This document shows, piece by piece, positions 37,902 to 49,616 of a DNA stretch of 64,000 bases. How positions within the stretch are numbered: the stretch's first letter is position 1; each line of letters opens with the position of its first letter. A program made the position numbers and the translations under genes. Source of the DNA: an uncultured Hyphomicrobiales bacterium (lineage in GTDB: Bacteria; Bacteroidota; Ignavibacteria; Kapaibacteriales; Kapaibacteriaceae); NCBI GenBank assembly GCA_964620125.1, contig CAZUGQ010000011.1, forward strand, positions 14,307-78,306, in the 5' to 3' direction. Under the pieces are notes generated by a model, which searched no databases, was not told the DNA's origin, and saw only the letters and a list, made by a program, of their open reading frames with translations.

Positions 37902-40900
37902 TTATCGAGCAATGACCAGGGGTAAGGTGGCGCGGTAAGCGTCACCTTCGATAACAACGCGGTATGCTCCTTGCGGGAGGTCCCGAATAGATAACATGGT
38001 GGTGCCAGCCTGTACGTAACCGGCTACGTACACGGTGGCGCCCACAACGTCAACAACAGACACATGGGCAGGCGTCGGTAACTGCAGGTGGGCTTCGGAC
38101 TCGGCGGGGTTGGGGTAGAGAGCAATCGAGGTCAGCACGTCCTGCTCGGCAACTGACGTTGCTGCTCGTACGACTGCAGAAAGATGGACCTGAATGGGGT
38201 CTCCCTGTGCATTAGAGTACACGTGTATAGTTGCGTTGTACGCACCGGTGTCAGTGGCATAGATGCGGACGCTAACGTTCTCGGATGTTCCCGGGTCAAT
38301 TAGTTCTGGTACTCGCGTAAGGACGAAGGCGTCTGGCGGCGTTCCACCTAAGGGCTTAACCACCACTGAGTCAATCGCCACGGTGCTTTCGCCGGTACTC
38401 GTCAATTGAACAGTTCTAAGCCTGTTCTGGCCACTTGCAACCGTTCCAAAGTCGACTGAGTCAGTGGCAGCGGAAAGGATGCGCGTGCCATTCGGTCCCG
38501 AATATCGATAGGATAGAATGCCAATCCCTTCGCCAACGGTAGCAAGTACAGAGGTTGTCGATGTTCTTGCCACGGCCCTTGCCGTTACGCCAGCAGGCTT
38601 GGAAAGAATAACCTGCCAGTTAGCACCGGCATCATCCGATCCGAACACCTCGCTGTTTGATCCCACCATCACCAGGTGCTTGCCAGGACTTGCCAGGGCA
38701 ACGGCAGTGATGCCGAGTGTTGTTGGATCAAAGGTGTTCGCCGTCCACGGGCCGTTGTTCCTGCTTGATGCAACCAAGGTTTTGCCACCGAATTTGTAGA
38801 GGAGGGCACCATTTTCATCATCAGCCATTGCTAACGAGGTAATGCTGGCATTGTTTACTAGGAACACCGTGCTTGACCACGTGGCTCCTTTGTCCTTGGA
38901 ATAAACAATGCGGCGAGATGATGTGGCGAACCATATTCCATTGCTGGTGTTGCAGGCGGTTCCTGGAATCACGGTCTCGCCCGAGTTGGCAGCAAGTGCG
39001 TTGGTTGCCTTGAACCACGTGGCACCGCCATCGGTGGTACGTGCAATACCCAACTTCCCTCCAACAGGATTCCCAACTGAGACGCCGTTTGTGGCGTCGA
39101 ACATGCAGATTCCAGCAACGGTTGCCATGCTACTGCTTACGTCGACCTTCGTCCAGCTCTGCGCATTGCGCGTGTAGGCAATGGTTGCCTTATTAGCGTC
39201 AAGACCTCCAACAAGGACGTTCTTGCTAGACAGTGCTCGAATGGCCGTAGGCAGTAGTGGACTGGTAACGAGTGTGCTGCTTCCTACCGCACTGCCAGTG
39301 ATTAAGGCATTCTGACCGAAGAATCGAGCGGTTACCCATAATGTACCATCCGAGGTAAGGTCAACTAAATCATAGGTCATGTATTCATTAGGGCCAGCAT
39401 AATCGTGGGTGTTCTTGGATGGTAGCTTGACGGGAACCTTCACTATTGCATAGTTGAGATAGGCTCCGCTTGTAATGGTAACAAGCAACTTCAGGCTGGT
39501 TTCGTACCATGGAAATAAGGGCTGCAGCTGTACAACAAGTTCCATGCGCGCCGAGTCGTCATGCAGCATCACGGGTATCGCTGCTTGGCTGCCACTTGCG
39601 AGAAGCACGCCAGTGCCGATGTTCGTCACGCTGATGTTCACGTTTGTAGCATCGCCAAGAAGATTCTTGAGGTCTATTGAAACGGTCGTTGGGTCGTAAC
39701 TGGTGATCAGACCAATTCCACCAACCTGTACTGAGCTCACGGCAATACCAGGCACTCGGTCGCCACTGCTAAAGCTGTTGTTGTAGCGGATTGCCGTGTT
39801 TGCGTTTGCCCGGCCGAAGTACAATGGACGGTTTGCAGATGGTACTCCGTTAAGTGCATCGCTAGTTGATCGAATCTGTTGGATGATCATGTCGGGCGTC
39901 CAATCAGGATGTTTAGCCTTGATCAGGGCACATATACCAGCAACGAGAGGGCAAGAGAACGACGTACCTGTGGATGCCTGGTATTTGTTGCCAGGAAAGG
40001 TGCTGTAAATGTCTTCGCCAGGAGCGTACGTGGTTACATCATATCCGTAATTGGAGAAGTCACTGGCTTGATCGGAGTTGTTGCTTGATCCAACAGAGAG
40101 GACTCCATCGAATGAGCTTGGATAGTGAGGAGTAGTCTCGGTGAAAAGACCACTATTTCCAGAAGCACACACAACCACAGCCCCTTTTGCCCGGGCATAG
40201 TTGATGATGTCCTGTCCCTGTGGATTTGCAGTAGTTCCGCCCCACGAGCAATTGATTACATCAGCACCCATGTCGGCCGCATACTTGATGGCTTCATAGC
40301 CGGCCAGGAGTCCGCCAATGTTGGGGTTATCAGAGCCAACCTTGATAGGCAGTATGCTGCAATTGAATGCCGGGCTGGCAATACCCTTTGCATTATTGGT
40401 TTGTGCGGCGGCACACCCAGCCACGATGGTGCCATGGCCGTTTACTTGGTTGATGGTTGGGTACGAAACCTTGGGATCATTATCGGGCTTTAGTACTCCA
40501 TACTGAACGTCCTGCAAGCTTACGTTACCAACGAAGTCCCAGCCGCGTATGTCGTCCACAAATCCATTCTTGTCATCATCAACTCCATTGTTCGGAACCT
40601 CGGCAGTGTTGTTGAAGATCTGCGCTGCAAGGTCTTCGTGAGACCAGTCCGTTCCACTGTCGATGATGGCTATCAAAACATCTTTCGAGCCCTTGCTCAC
40701 CTCCCAGGCTTCTTCCATTTTGAGTGTCTTTAGCCATGGCTGTTTTGTGGCATAATCAGGGTCATTCGGGATGAAGTTGGGCTTGAAGATCTCCATAGGA
40801 ACGGCATACTCAACATCGGGTGATTCCATCAATCGCTTACATACGTCAAACGGATCCATGCCATCGTTGTATCGAATGGTGTACATCCTGTCCAAGCCGA

Positions 40901-41249
40901 TTTCCGAGGCTAGTGCTGCGTTTTCCGCGTTTGCGGTTTCCGGAAAGGTGCTGGTGATAGCGGCAACGTCGATAGAGGCCAATGCGATGTTCAGCGGACT
41001 CGTTCCAAGAGCCTTGTCCTCACGAAGAACTCCATGAGTGGCACGGGTCTTTACCACTATCATGCCTTGTGCATAGGTGCCTGCCTCGGGGCGGGTTACA
41101 ACCAATGCACTCGCTGGAAGGCGTGTACTATTTGACAAGGTGCGTTCTGACGTGCGAACGATGTACGCATCCCTTCCGGACAAAACCTGGGCATCGATGG
41201 TGACCGCAGTGAGAAGGCTAGCAATAAGAAGAAGGGATAATCTGAACAT
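37902..41249 (-). CDS. S8 family serine peptidase with BNR-type propeller, Ig-like domain and T9SS sorting domain
   Basis: Catalytic triad IIDSG / NGHGT / GTSFS; T.DGG.TW and S.D.G..W repeats; LYPNPA...DVVG...GAYRV. Confidence 0.9.
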   Translation of the reverse strand: MFRLSLLLIASLLTAVTIDAQVLSGRDAYIVRTSERTLSNSTRLPASALVVTRPEAGTYAQGMIVVKTRATHGVLREDKALGTSPLNIALASIDVAAITSTFPETANAENAALASEIGLDRMYTIRYNDGMDPFDVCKRLMESPDVEYAVPMEIFKPNFIPNDPDYATKQPWLKTLKMEEAWEVSKGSKDVLIAIIDSGTDWSHEDLAAQIFNNTAEVPNNGVDDDKNGFVDDIRGWDFVGNVSLQDVQYGVLKPDNDPKVSYPTINQVNGHGTIVAGCAAAQTNNAKGIASPAFNCSILPIKVGSDNPNIGGLLAGYEAIKYAADMGADVINCSWGGTTANPQGQDIINYARAKGAVVVCASGNSGLFTETTPHYPSSFDGVLSVGSSNNSDQASDFSNYGYDVTTYAPGEDIYSTFPGNKYQASTGTSFSCPLVAGICALIKAKHPDWTPDMIIQQIRSTSDALNGVPSANRPLYFGRANANTAIRYNNSFSSGDRVPGIAVSSVQVGGIGLITSYDPTTVSIDLKNLLGDATNVNISVTNIGTGVLLASGSQAAIPVMLHDDSARMELVVQLQPLFPWYETSLKLLVTITSGAYLNYAIVKVPVKLPSKNTHDYAGPNEYMTYDLVDLTSDGTLWVTARFFGQNALITGSAVGSSTLVTSPLLPTAIRALSSKNVLVGGLDANKATIAYTRNAQSWTKVDVSSSMATVAGICMFDATNGVSVGNPVGGKLGIARTTDGGATWFKATNALAANSGETVIPGTACNTSNGIWFATSSRRIVYSKDKGATWSSTVFLVNNASITSLAMADDENGALLYKFGGKTLVASSRNNGPWTANTFDPTTLGITAVALASPGKHLVMVGSNSEVFGSDDAGANWQVILSKPAGVTARAVARTSTTSVLATVGEGIGILSYRYSGPNGTRILSAATDSVDFGTVASGQNRLRTVQLTSTGESTVAIDSVVVKPLGGTPPDAFVLTRVPELIDPGTSENVSVRIYATDTGAYNATIHVYSNAQGDPIQVHLSAVVRAATSVAEQDVLTSIALYPNPAESEAHLQLPTPAHVSVVDVVGATVYVAGYVQAGTTMLSIRDLPQGAYRVVIEGDAYRATLPLVIAR

Positions 41250-41308
41250 GGGGAGTTTCTCGATATGTGAGGCAGCATTGACTTGCCAGAAGCCATTATG
41301 ATACAGAA

Positions 41309-43357
41309 TCATTTCCAGACCAGGTGCCCAAGCCCCTTTCCATCAGTCGGTTGTGCTAACCAGAGTCCATGTGGGAGGAGTGAATCTGTTTGCCCAACCA
41401 GGCGTCCGAGCAGATCAAAGTACAAGTACGAGACAGACTCATCATGTTCTCGCACACTTGTAATTCCTATAGGCACCGGTGCCGTGATACCATGGCCTGG
41501 TAGGGGGCTTGGGCGGCGGATAGCTGTATACAGCGGTCGAACGCGTACCAACGACTCTGCCGGATACGGTATTACAGCCGAGGTATCGGCCGTAACGAGC
41601 ACCGTTCGAAAGAGATCCGAGGCATCGCCTACTTCAATTATGTAGGCAACATCATCGAGCCCCTTTCCTTCGTGAACTATTGCTGGATTCCATTGTAGCG
41701 TGAGTGTTGTACCAGATTGGCGTGAAAGGAAGAGATCACCGTTCATGATTGGACCCTGTAAACGAATCGTCGGGTCGCCCAATAACATTACGTGGATACC
41801 ACGGTGCCCCAGCGGGTAGATTCCACCCTGGCCAGATGCCTGATCGATGTACGTTGCCCCTACATAGTCCACGCCGTTGTTTGCGGACAAACGTGCTGCC
41901 TGACCGATGGTGGCACCTGCAGCCAGGGAGTGAATGAACCAGTGTGGTCTTCCAGACCATCCAACGGTGAGCGACCACCCTTCGCGAGCAAGTACGGCTC
42001 GCATGATGTTGTTGGAACTGGCCACATCACCGAAGTAACTACCGAACAGAAAGTTGATAACAGAATAGCCGGGCAGAGTGGCTAACTCTGTAGTAGTAGC
42101 CACATAACTGCAATGCTCATATCCCCCCCCACCACAGGCATAGGATAGTAGGGCGGGGTAGTTGGTAAGCGTTGGTCGGTTTTGTGTGTTATCTGGTACC
42201 CAGTCACCCAGCACAATGTTATCCGTTCCAACTATCGGTGAAAATGAACGCCAGGCTGATGCAGCAAAAGCTTCGGTGATGCGAACGTCTTGCTGCACAC
42301 GGGAGAACAATCCAAAATTGTCATCAATCAGGGCTCTGAGCGGCGGCATGATGGTACCTGTGCGGTAGGCAACGTTGCGTTCCAGGTACGTTCGCAGCAA
42401 CTCCAGCTCTCGGCTTCGGTTAGTAACCGACGTACCAAACGCCTGAAGGTCGCGCATGTCAACACGCCCTACACAGAGTTCAACATCTGTGGGGATCATG
42501 GAGTTGTCGAACTTCCCATCGTTAGGTTCATTCCTGTTCTGCTCTCTTTGAGCAAACTCCGGATCGGAAAGAGAAACGCTGTAGTCCGTCCATTGATATT
42601 CAGCATCAACGCCAGGACTGGTCTCTACGTCTGCATAGTAGGCATCCGATGCCCACGCACCGCCGTGTTCTTTATGGAAGTCGGGATTCGGGTAGGCACC
42701 TTCAACAGAAAAACCACCGGATGTTGCGTATGGCACATCACCAAGGAGAAGCAGATGCGTGAGCTTTCCTCTGTTTCCATGCGGTGAGAGGTGGTCCATC
42801 ACTACTGACTTCACTTCTGGTGGTGATGCAGAGGGTGGAATGTGGGCAAGGTCAACCACCCATCCATCGTCGATCAGGGTAGCAACGTATCTGTCGAGTA
42901 CTGTGCGCAGCGCGGTGTATGCTTCCGAATCAATAATCACGAGCATGCGCTCCGACTGCAGTGCCGCTGCTACATCCACTGTTCTATGAATCGCCACGTA
43001 TCCGCTGGCTAGTATGGGCACACTACTCACGATCCACCGATGTTGCACTTCAACCTCAAGTGAGTGAGTATCCGAAAGATCAACAAACCAGGGAGGGCCG
43101 TGCACCGTTTGTGAAAGCCGCCACTCCACATCGCCCATGTATCGCACCCGCACAATGGCGGGCTCTGCGTTCGGGGGTGCATCCCAGTGAATGCGAGTTT
43201 GCGATGGTGAAAGCAGGTCAATGTTCAGCAACGCACATGCTTCGCGTGGGGTTTGCGCCATGAGCGTGCCATCGACGCACACGAGGCACATAAGGATGAT
43301 GCACACAAGAAAGCTCACAAGCTGTAACCTAGTATCGGGGTCTGGATTGTTGCACAT
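41309..43357 (-). CDS. Secreted protein with a peptidase C25 (gingipain)-like domain and FN3-like segments
   Basis: LLLLGDVP, ASDAYYAD, EL.VGRVD, LLGDPT; degenerate sorting-domain-like YFDLLGRLV; start uncertain. Confidence 0.6.
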   Translation of the reverse strand: MCNNPDPDTRLQLVSFLVCIILMCLVCVDGTLMAQTPREACALLNIDLLSPSQTRIHWDAPPNAEPAIVRVRYMGDVEWRLSQTVHGPPWFVDLSDTHSLEVEVQHRWIVSSVPILASGYVAIHRTVDVAAALQSERMLVIIDSEAYTALRTVLDRYVATLIDDGWVVDLAHIPPSASPPEVKSVVMDHLSPHGNRGKLTHLLLLGDVPYATSGGFSVEGAYPNPDFHKEHGGAWASDAYYADVETSPGVDAEYQWTDYSVSLSDPEFAQREQNRNEPNDGKFDNSMIPTDVELCVGRVDMRDLQAFGTSVTNRSRELELLRTYLERNVAYRTGTIMPPLRALIDDNFGLFSRVQQDVRITEAFAASAWRSFSPIVGTDNIVLGDWVPDNTQNRPTLTNYPALLSYACGGGGYEHCSYVATTTELATLPGYSVINFLFGSYFGDVASSNNIMRAVLAREGWSLTVGWSGRPHWFIHSLAAGATIGQAARLSANNGVDYVGATYIDQASGQGGIYPLGHRGIHVMLLGDPTIRLQGPIMNGDLFLSRQSGTTLTLQWNPAIVHEGKGLDDVAYIIEVGDASDLFRTVLVTADTSAVIPYPAESLVRVRPLYTAIRRPSPLPGHGITAPVPIGITSVREHDESVSYLYFDLLGRLVGQTDSLLPHGLWLAQPTDGKGLGHLVWK

Positions 43358-43407
43358 GTCCGGCCGACAGATCGTTAGAACGACACCAACAACTCAAGAG
43401 GCTTATC

Positions 43408-44079
43408 ATGAAAGACGCACGTTTTCTCTTCGCGGCAGTAGCAACCGCTATGGCGGTTCTGGTGCTCACGAGTTGCAGCGATGTTGCAACAACAGAACCA
43501 GAGGACAATGGTTCCGCATTGTATGTGGACGCAACAACCACAACAGCCGACCTTGTTGCGATGCCTGTTGAATTCGAAGATGCTTCCATCGAGAATGCAG
43601 TTCGCGTAAAACCGCACCCATCTGACAGTGTGAAACCCAATGTTCGTGATGCAAAGGTTCCGCATCCTTTTGCACGCCTGTTGGCAGCATTGGATCTCAC
43701 AGCTGAGCAACGTGAGCAGGTGGCTGGTTTCCTTGAAACACATAAGGCTTGCGTATCAGAGGCCATGCAGCTTCTTCGTGAGTATGCCAGCACAATCATC
43801 GAGGAAGCCAAGGCAGCCCGTGCGGAGGTGCTGGCAAAGCTAGAAGCAGGAGAGATCACGCGAGAGGAAGCAGTCGAGGCTATTCGCGCCATCAACGCTC
43901 GGGCACGTGCAGCACTGAAGAATAGCGAAGTGTTTACTCGGATTCGCGAGATGATCAAGGCCTGCGACGAAGAATTCCTCCGCTCCCTTGCCAGTATCCT
44001 AAACGAAGAACAGATGGCGATTTTACAACGCTATCTAAACCACCGCAACGGCAACCCGCCAGTTGGCACACGCGGCTAA
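43408..44079 (+). CDS. Lipoprotein with a Spy/CpxP-like helical domain
   Basis: LTSC lipobox; LDLTAEQREQ and ILNEEQ motifs. Confidence 0.6.
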   Translation: MKDARFLFAAVATAMAVLVLTSCSDVATTEPEDNGSALYVDATTTTADLVAMPVEFEDASIENAVRVKPHPSDSVKPNVRDAKVPHPFARLLAALDLTAEQREQVAGFLETHKACVSEAMQLLREYASTIIEEAKAARAEVLAKLEAGEITREEAVEAIRAINARARAALKNSEVFTRIREMIKACDEEFLRSLASILNEEQMAILQRYLNHRNGNPPVGTRG

Positions 44080-44103
44080 CCCGAAAACCCATCCTACCTC
44101 AAT

Positions 44104-44142
44104 TACTGCGCCTGCCGATACCTCCCTTCGGCGGGCGCAGTA
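44104..44142 (+). terminator. GC-rich stem-loop after the lipoprotein gene
   Basis: TACTGCGCCTGCCGA pairs with TCGGCGGGCGCAGTA (one G-U pair); weak U-tract. Confidence 0.55.
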
Positions 44143-44181
44143 CTATTTGGGGGGCAATGACGGTCGTAGATTGCGAATCAG

Positions 44182-44964
44182 ATGGTTACGAAGATTATCG
44201 CAGGCGTCGGCCGTGTTACGTTGAACATCCTGACGGAGGTGGGCCAGGTGGTAACGCTGCTGGTATCCACACTGCGTTATGGTGGCAGGGTTTTCAAGGA
44301 TCGAGCTCTGGTCTTCGACCAGATGCGCATTGTTGGGGCTGAGTCGCTTCCACTTGTGCTGCTTGTAGGCTCCTTTACCGGAGCCATTGCCGCACTCCAA
44401 GCCACGAACCTTTTCGCGAAGTTTAATCTGATTGCAATAGCTCGTCCATTTATCGGTGGATCCATCGCCACCGTGGTGTTCACCGAGTTAACCCCTGTGC
44501 TCACGGCTTTGGTGATTGCCGGCCGTGTTGGGGGCTCCATAGCAGCTCAGATAGGGACCATGCAGGTAAGCGAGCAGATCGATGCCTTGGAGATGATGGC
44601 TATCGACAAGAATCGGTATTTAGCCATGCCCCGTGCCGTTGCAGCCCTGACCATGATGCCAGTGCTGGCCGTGTTTTCCAACGTTGTTGCTCTCGTAGGC
44701 GCATTCCTGCTCACGTATGTGAAGTTCGACTTCAACGCTTCTACCTTTTTCACCTCCGTTCAGCAGTTCTTTAGCACCGACGAGATTATGACGGGGATCT
44801 GGAAGTCGTTTGTATTTGGCGGGTTTACGGCGCTCATCGGTGTGCACGTTGGTTTTCACACAGACGGCGGAGCGGAAGGTGTGGGCAAAAGTACCGTGAG
44901 AGCATTCACCATTTCCGCAGCAGGCATCCTGGTGATCGACGCATTGTTCGGCGTGATCCTGTAG
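44182..44964 (+). CDS. mlaE: MlaE family ABC transporter permease
   Basis: ELTPVLTAL..AGRVG...AAQIGTM.VSEQIDALE.M, GGAEGVG..T. Confidence 0.9.
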   Translation: MVTKIIAGVGRVTLNILTEVGQVVTLLVSTLRYGGRVFKDRALVFDQMRIVGAESLPLVLLVGSFTGAIAALQATNLFAKFNLIAIARPFIGGSIATVVFTELTPVLTALVIAGRVGGSIAAQIGTMQVSEQIDALEMMAIDKNRYLAMPRAVAALTMMPVLAVFSNVVALVGAFLLTYVKFDFNASTFFTSVQQFFSTDEIMTGIWKSFVFGGFTALIGVHVGFHTDGGAEGVGKSTVRAFTISAAGILVIDALFGVIL

Positions 44965-45045
44965 TCTAGTAGGCTGAGTTCACTCACCCGACCTGTAAGC
45001 AGGCAGATTTCCTGTCCATCACTTGACCGCGAACTCGCCACTAGC

Positions 45046-45053
45046 TACTTTTG
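45046..45053 (+). promoter_or_regulatory. -7 promoter element TACTTTTG of the groE operon
   Basis: TAnnTTTG match 10 nt upstream of CIRCE; TTG at 45023-45025 is a candidate -33 element. Confidence 0.65.
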
Positions 45054-45063
45054 CGCTCCTCCG

Positions 45064-45090
45064 TTAGCACTCAAACACGAAGAGTGCTAG
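45064..45090 (+). promoter_or_regulatory. CIRCE element (HrcA operator)
   Basis: TTAGCACTC-N9-GAGTGCTAG, one mismatch to TTAGCACTC-N9-GAGTGCTAA, upstream of groES. Confidence 0.95.
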
Positions 45091-45143
45091 CAAATTCGTC
45101 AATGCGACCCGTTTTCCTCAATCATCACATTCGGAGTCCAATT

Positions 45144-47104
<1,961 letters not shown>

Positions 47105-47168
47105 AAACCAGTGCGCACCATACCGTTACCAACGGCAAGTGGTGCCAATCTGGCGATGCAATCAAACG

Positions 47169-47203
47169 AAGGCCCGGTCCCGAAAGCGATCGGGCCTTTG
47201 TTG
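47169..47203 (+). terminator. Intrinsic terminator after groEL
   Basis: AAGGCCCG...CGGGCCTT stem followed by TGTTG. Confidence 0.7.
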
Positions 47204-47254
47204 TGAAGAGTGCTCTCGTATCTTTGGCTGAACCTACGCCGCGCAATACCTGGC

Positions 47255-47914
47255 ATGACGTACCTCGATATTCTTGCACACAAACGGTCTGACGACCCAG
47301 ATGTTCAGACCATTCTAAGCATCAATGTTGACGCATCAACGGAAGATCTCGAAGATGATCTTCCGTGCTGTGTTGGCGTTCACCCGAAATCCATCGACGA
47401 TGATGTAGACGATGTGCTCTTCATCGCACGCGACCTTGCTCACGAGTCAACCGTGATTGCTGTTGGTGAATGCGGACTCGACAGAGCCATCCCCGTTGGT
47501 TGGGTTGATCAGATGCGTGTGTTCGAGGATCAGATTTCCTTTAGCGAACTCCTTTGCAAACCAATGATTGTGCATTGTGTGCGAGCACATGCCGACGTGG
47601 TAACGCTGCACCGCGAACTTCAGGTGGAACAACCGTGGGTGATGCATGCGTTTAACAAAGGTCCGGATACGTTGGATCGCGTTACCGACGCTGGTTTGTA
47701 CGTATCCTTTGGTGCCGACATTATGGCGGACAACAGTCCTGCCGCCGAGTCGGTAAAGTCTGTTTCCATACACAAGATGTTTCTCGAAACCGGTCATCAA
47801 ACGGAGTTTACCATTAAGCAGTTGTACAACAGAGCGGCCACGCTACGTGGGGTAGATGTAGGCGAGTTGTGTTTGCAGTTGCAGCAAAATTTCGACAGCG
47901 TGTTCAAGCAGTAA
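47255..47914 (+). CDS. TatD family hydrolase (degenerate motifs)
   Basis: GVHP, AVGECGLD, P.IVHCVRA, VMHAF, LET; TATCTTTG element at 47219-47226. Confidence 0.85.
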   Translation: MTYLDILAHKRSDDPDVQTILSINVDASTEDLEDDLPCCVGVHPKSIDDDVDDVLFIARDLAHESTVIAVGECGLDRAIPVGWVDQMRVFEDQISFSELLCKPMIVHCVRAHADVVTLHRELQVEQPWVMHAFNKGPDTLDRVTDAGLYVSFGADIMADNSPAAESVKSVSIHKMFLETGHQTEFTIKQLYNRAATLRGVDVGELCLQLQQNFDSVFKQ

Positions 47915-47962
47915 GGTAGGCAGTTCGCTGCCTGCATCTTCATACAACATTCACGGTGGGGC

Positions 47963-48979
47963 GTGAACGTAACCATTGTTGGCAGAGGACTGGCCGGCGC
48001 ATGGCTTGCCCATGAATTGCTCGGCCGAGGCGTAACCGTTCACATTATAGATAACGGAACTCCTGATTCCGCATCGCGCATTGCGGCAGGTCTTATCAAT
48101 CCTACCACCGGAACGCGTCCGCGTTCTTCATGGCGAAGCAACATCCTGCTTCCGCATGCAACCATGGCTTACCAGGAACTGGAACGCCTAACGGGTGTAA
48201 AGCTCCTGGTCGAGAGGCCCATACGTCGGATCTTCCGAACACCAGATGACGAACGGCTCTGGCGGCTGGCTGCTGATCGAGGGGTTGGCGTGAAATGGCA
48301 ACCACTTGAGCAAGGAAGTATTGACGGTGTGCCGCTGCCATTCGGGGGTGTGGAGTACCTAGGTGCCGTTGTTGACACGGCTGCAACGCTTATGGTTCTG
48401 GAAGCACTCGACGGGATCAGAGTCGAGCCGGGTACGGTTGAACAACTCAATCCTGGTGAACTGGAAACCGTTGTATGGTGCAATGGCTGGGAAGCTTCGC
48501 ACCATGCGCTGTGGAGTTGGTTGCCCTTCCAGCCCGTGAAAGGCGAAATCATTGATGCGCAGATTGGAGGCCCTGCACTTACGGCAGTGTACCTACGCAG
48601 CATCTGGATCATTCCAGCGAGTGGTCAGCCCCCTTCCAAAGGCATGCAGAATGTGCGTATCGGTTCTACTCACGATTGGGACGATCTTACACCACAACCA
48701 ACACAGGCTGCACGAGAGCATCTCGTTGAAACGGCACAAATTCTGCTGGATCGGGAAATGGTGGTAACAGGGCATCGCGCGGCAATCCGTCCGGCTATGC
48801 AAAGCAAGCGACCAGTCATCGGACGGCACCCGGAGCATCCTTCGCACATAATCCTTAACGGACTCGGATCGAAAGGGGCATTGTGGGCTCCGTGGGCTGC
48901 GTTGCAACTTGCAGATCATCTGGTGGATGGATTACCGCTAGATCCTGAAGTTTCAACGCAACGCTGGTGGAAACCATGA
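47963..48979 (+). CDS. FAD-dependent oxidoreductase (DAO / MnmC C-terminal-like)
   Basis: IVGRGLAG, AS.IAAGLINP, PVKGE, IGST, AAIRP....RPVIG, NGLGSKG...AP. Confidence 0.85.
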   Translation: MNVTIVGRGLAGAWLAHELLGRGVTVHIIDNGTPDSASRIAAGLINPTTGTRPRSSWRSNILLPHATMAYQELERLTGVKLLVERPIRRIFRTPDDERLWRLAADRGVGVKWQPLEQGSIDGVPLPFGGVEYLGAVVDTAATLMVLEALDGIRVEPGTVEQLNPGELETVVWCNGWEASHHALWSWLPFQPVKGEIIDAQIGGPALTAVYLRSIWIIPASGQPPSKGMQNVRIGSTHDWDDLTPQPTQAAREHLVETAQILLDREMVVTGHRAAIRPAMQSKRPVIGRHPEHPSHIILNGLGSKGALWAPWAALQLADHLVDGLPLDPEVSTQRWWKP

Positions 48980-49572
48980 CCTTCGACAGTGCCGTTCGAT
49001 ACGTTCACTATCTCCTTGCCGCTCACCTCAAGCCATCCGACGTGGCAGTTGATGCCACCATTGGCAATGGCTGGGATACAACGTTTATGGCAGAACTGGT
49101 AGGTGCCTCAGGCGTTGTGTACGGCTTTGATGTGCAGCCAGTAGCGATAGAGGTTACCCGTTCCCGAATAACGGGCTTGCAGTCCGATGTTCGCCTGCAC
49201 CTACAAGGCCATGAAACGATGGCCTCCATCGTGGAGCCGCACCATCACAAAGCAGTCCGCGCAATCACATTCAATCTTGGCTATCTACCCGGCGGCGATA
49301 AAAACGTTACCACCACGGTTGAAACAACTGTTAAGGGGCTTGAGCAAGCGCGAGATATTCTTGCACCGGACGGACTCATTACGGTTGTCTGTTATCGCCA
49401 CTCCGAGGGTGAGCATGAACTTTTAGCGGTGCGTGAGTTGTTAACCTCCTGGTCGCAGGACGCGTTTACTGTTGTTGAATCGCAGTTTATCAATCACGTG
49501 GCCAAACCGCCTCTGGTATTCGTTGTTGCTGGCCGACCTTCACCTTCAGCATCTCTTACCTTGAGTGGCTGA
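48976..49572 (+). CDS. Class I SAM methyltransferase, YtqB/MnmM-like
   Basis: VDATIGNGWDT, VYGFDVQ, FNLGYLPGGDK..TT...TT, Y.H..G..E; ATGA overlap with the upstream gene. Confidence 0.85.
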   Translation: MTFDSAVRYVHYLLAAHLKPSDVAVDATIGNGWDTTFMAELVGASGVVYGFDVQPVAIEVTRSRITGLQSDVRLHLQGHETMASIVEPHHHKAVRAITFNLGYLPGGDKNVTTTVETTVKGLEQARDILAPDGLITVVCYRHSEGEHELLAVRELLTSWSQDAFTVVESQFINHVAKPPLVFVVAGRPSPSASLTLSG

Positions 49573-49616
49573 TCTCTGTGGTGTACTCAACAAACCAATT
49601 GTAACCTACTGAAACC

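Noticed and set aside
45064-45090. Inverted repeat upstream of groES as a novel element
   Set aside because: It is the well-known CIRCE/HrcA operator and is listed as a feature
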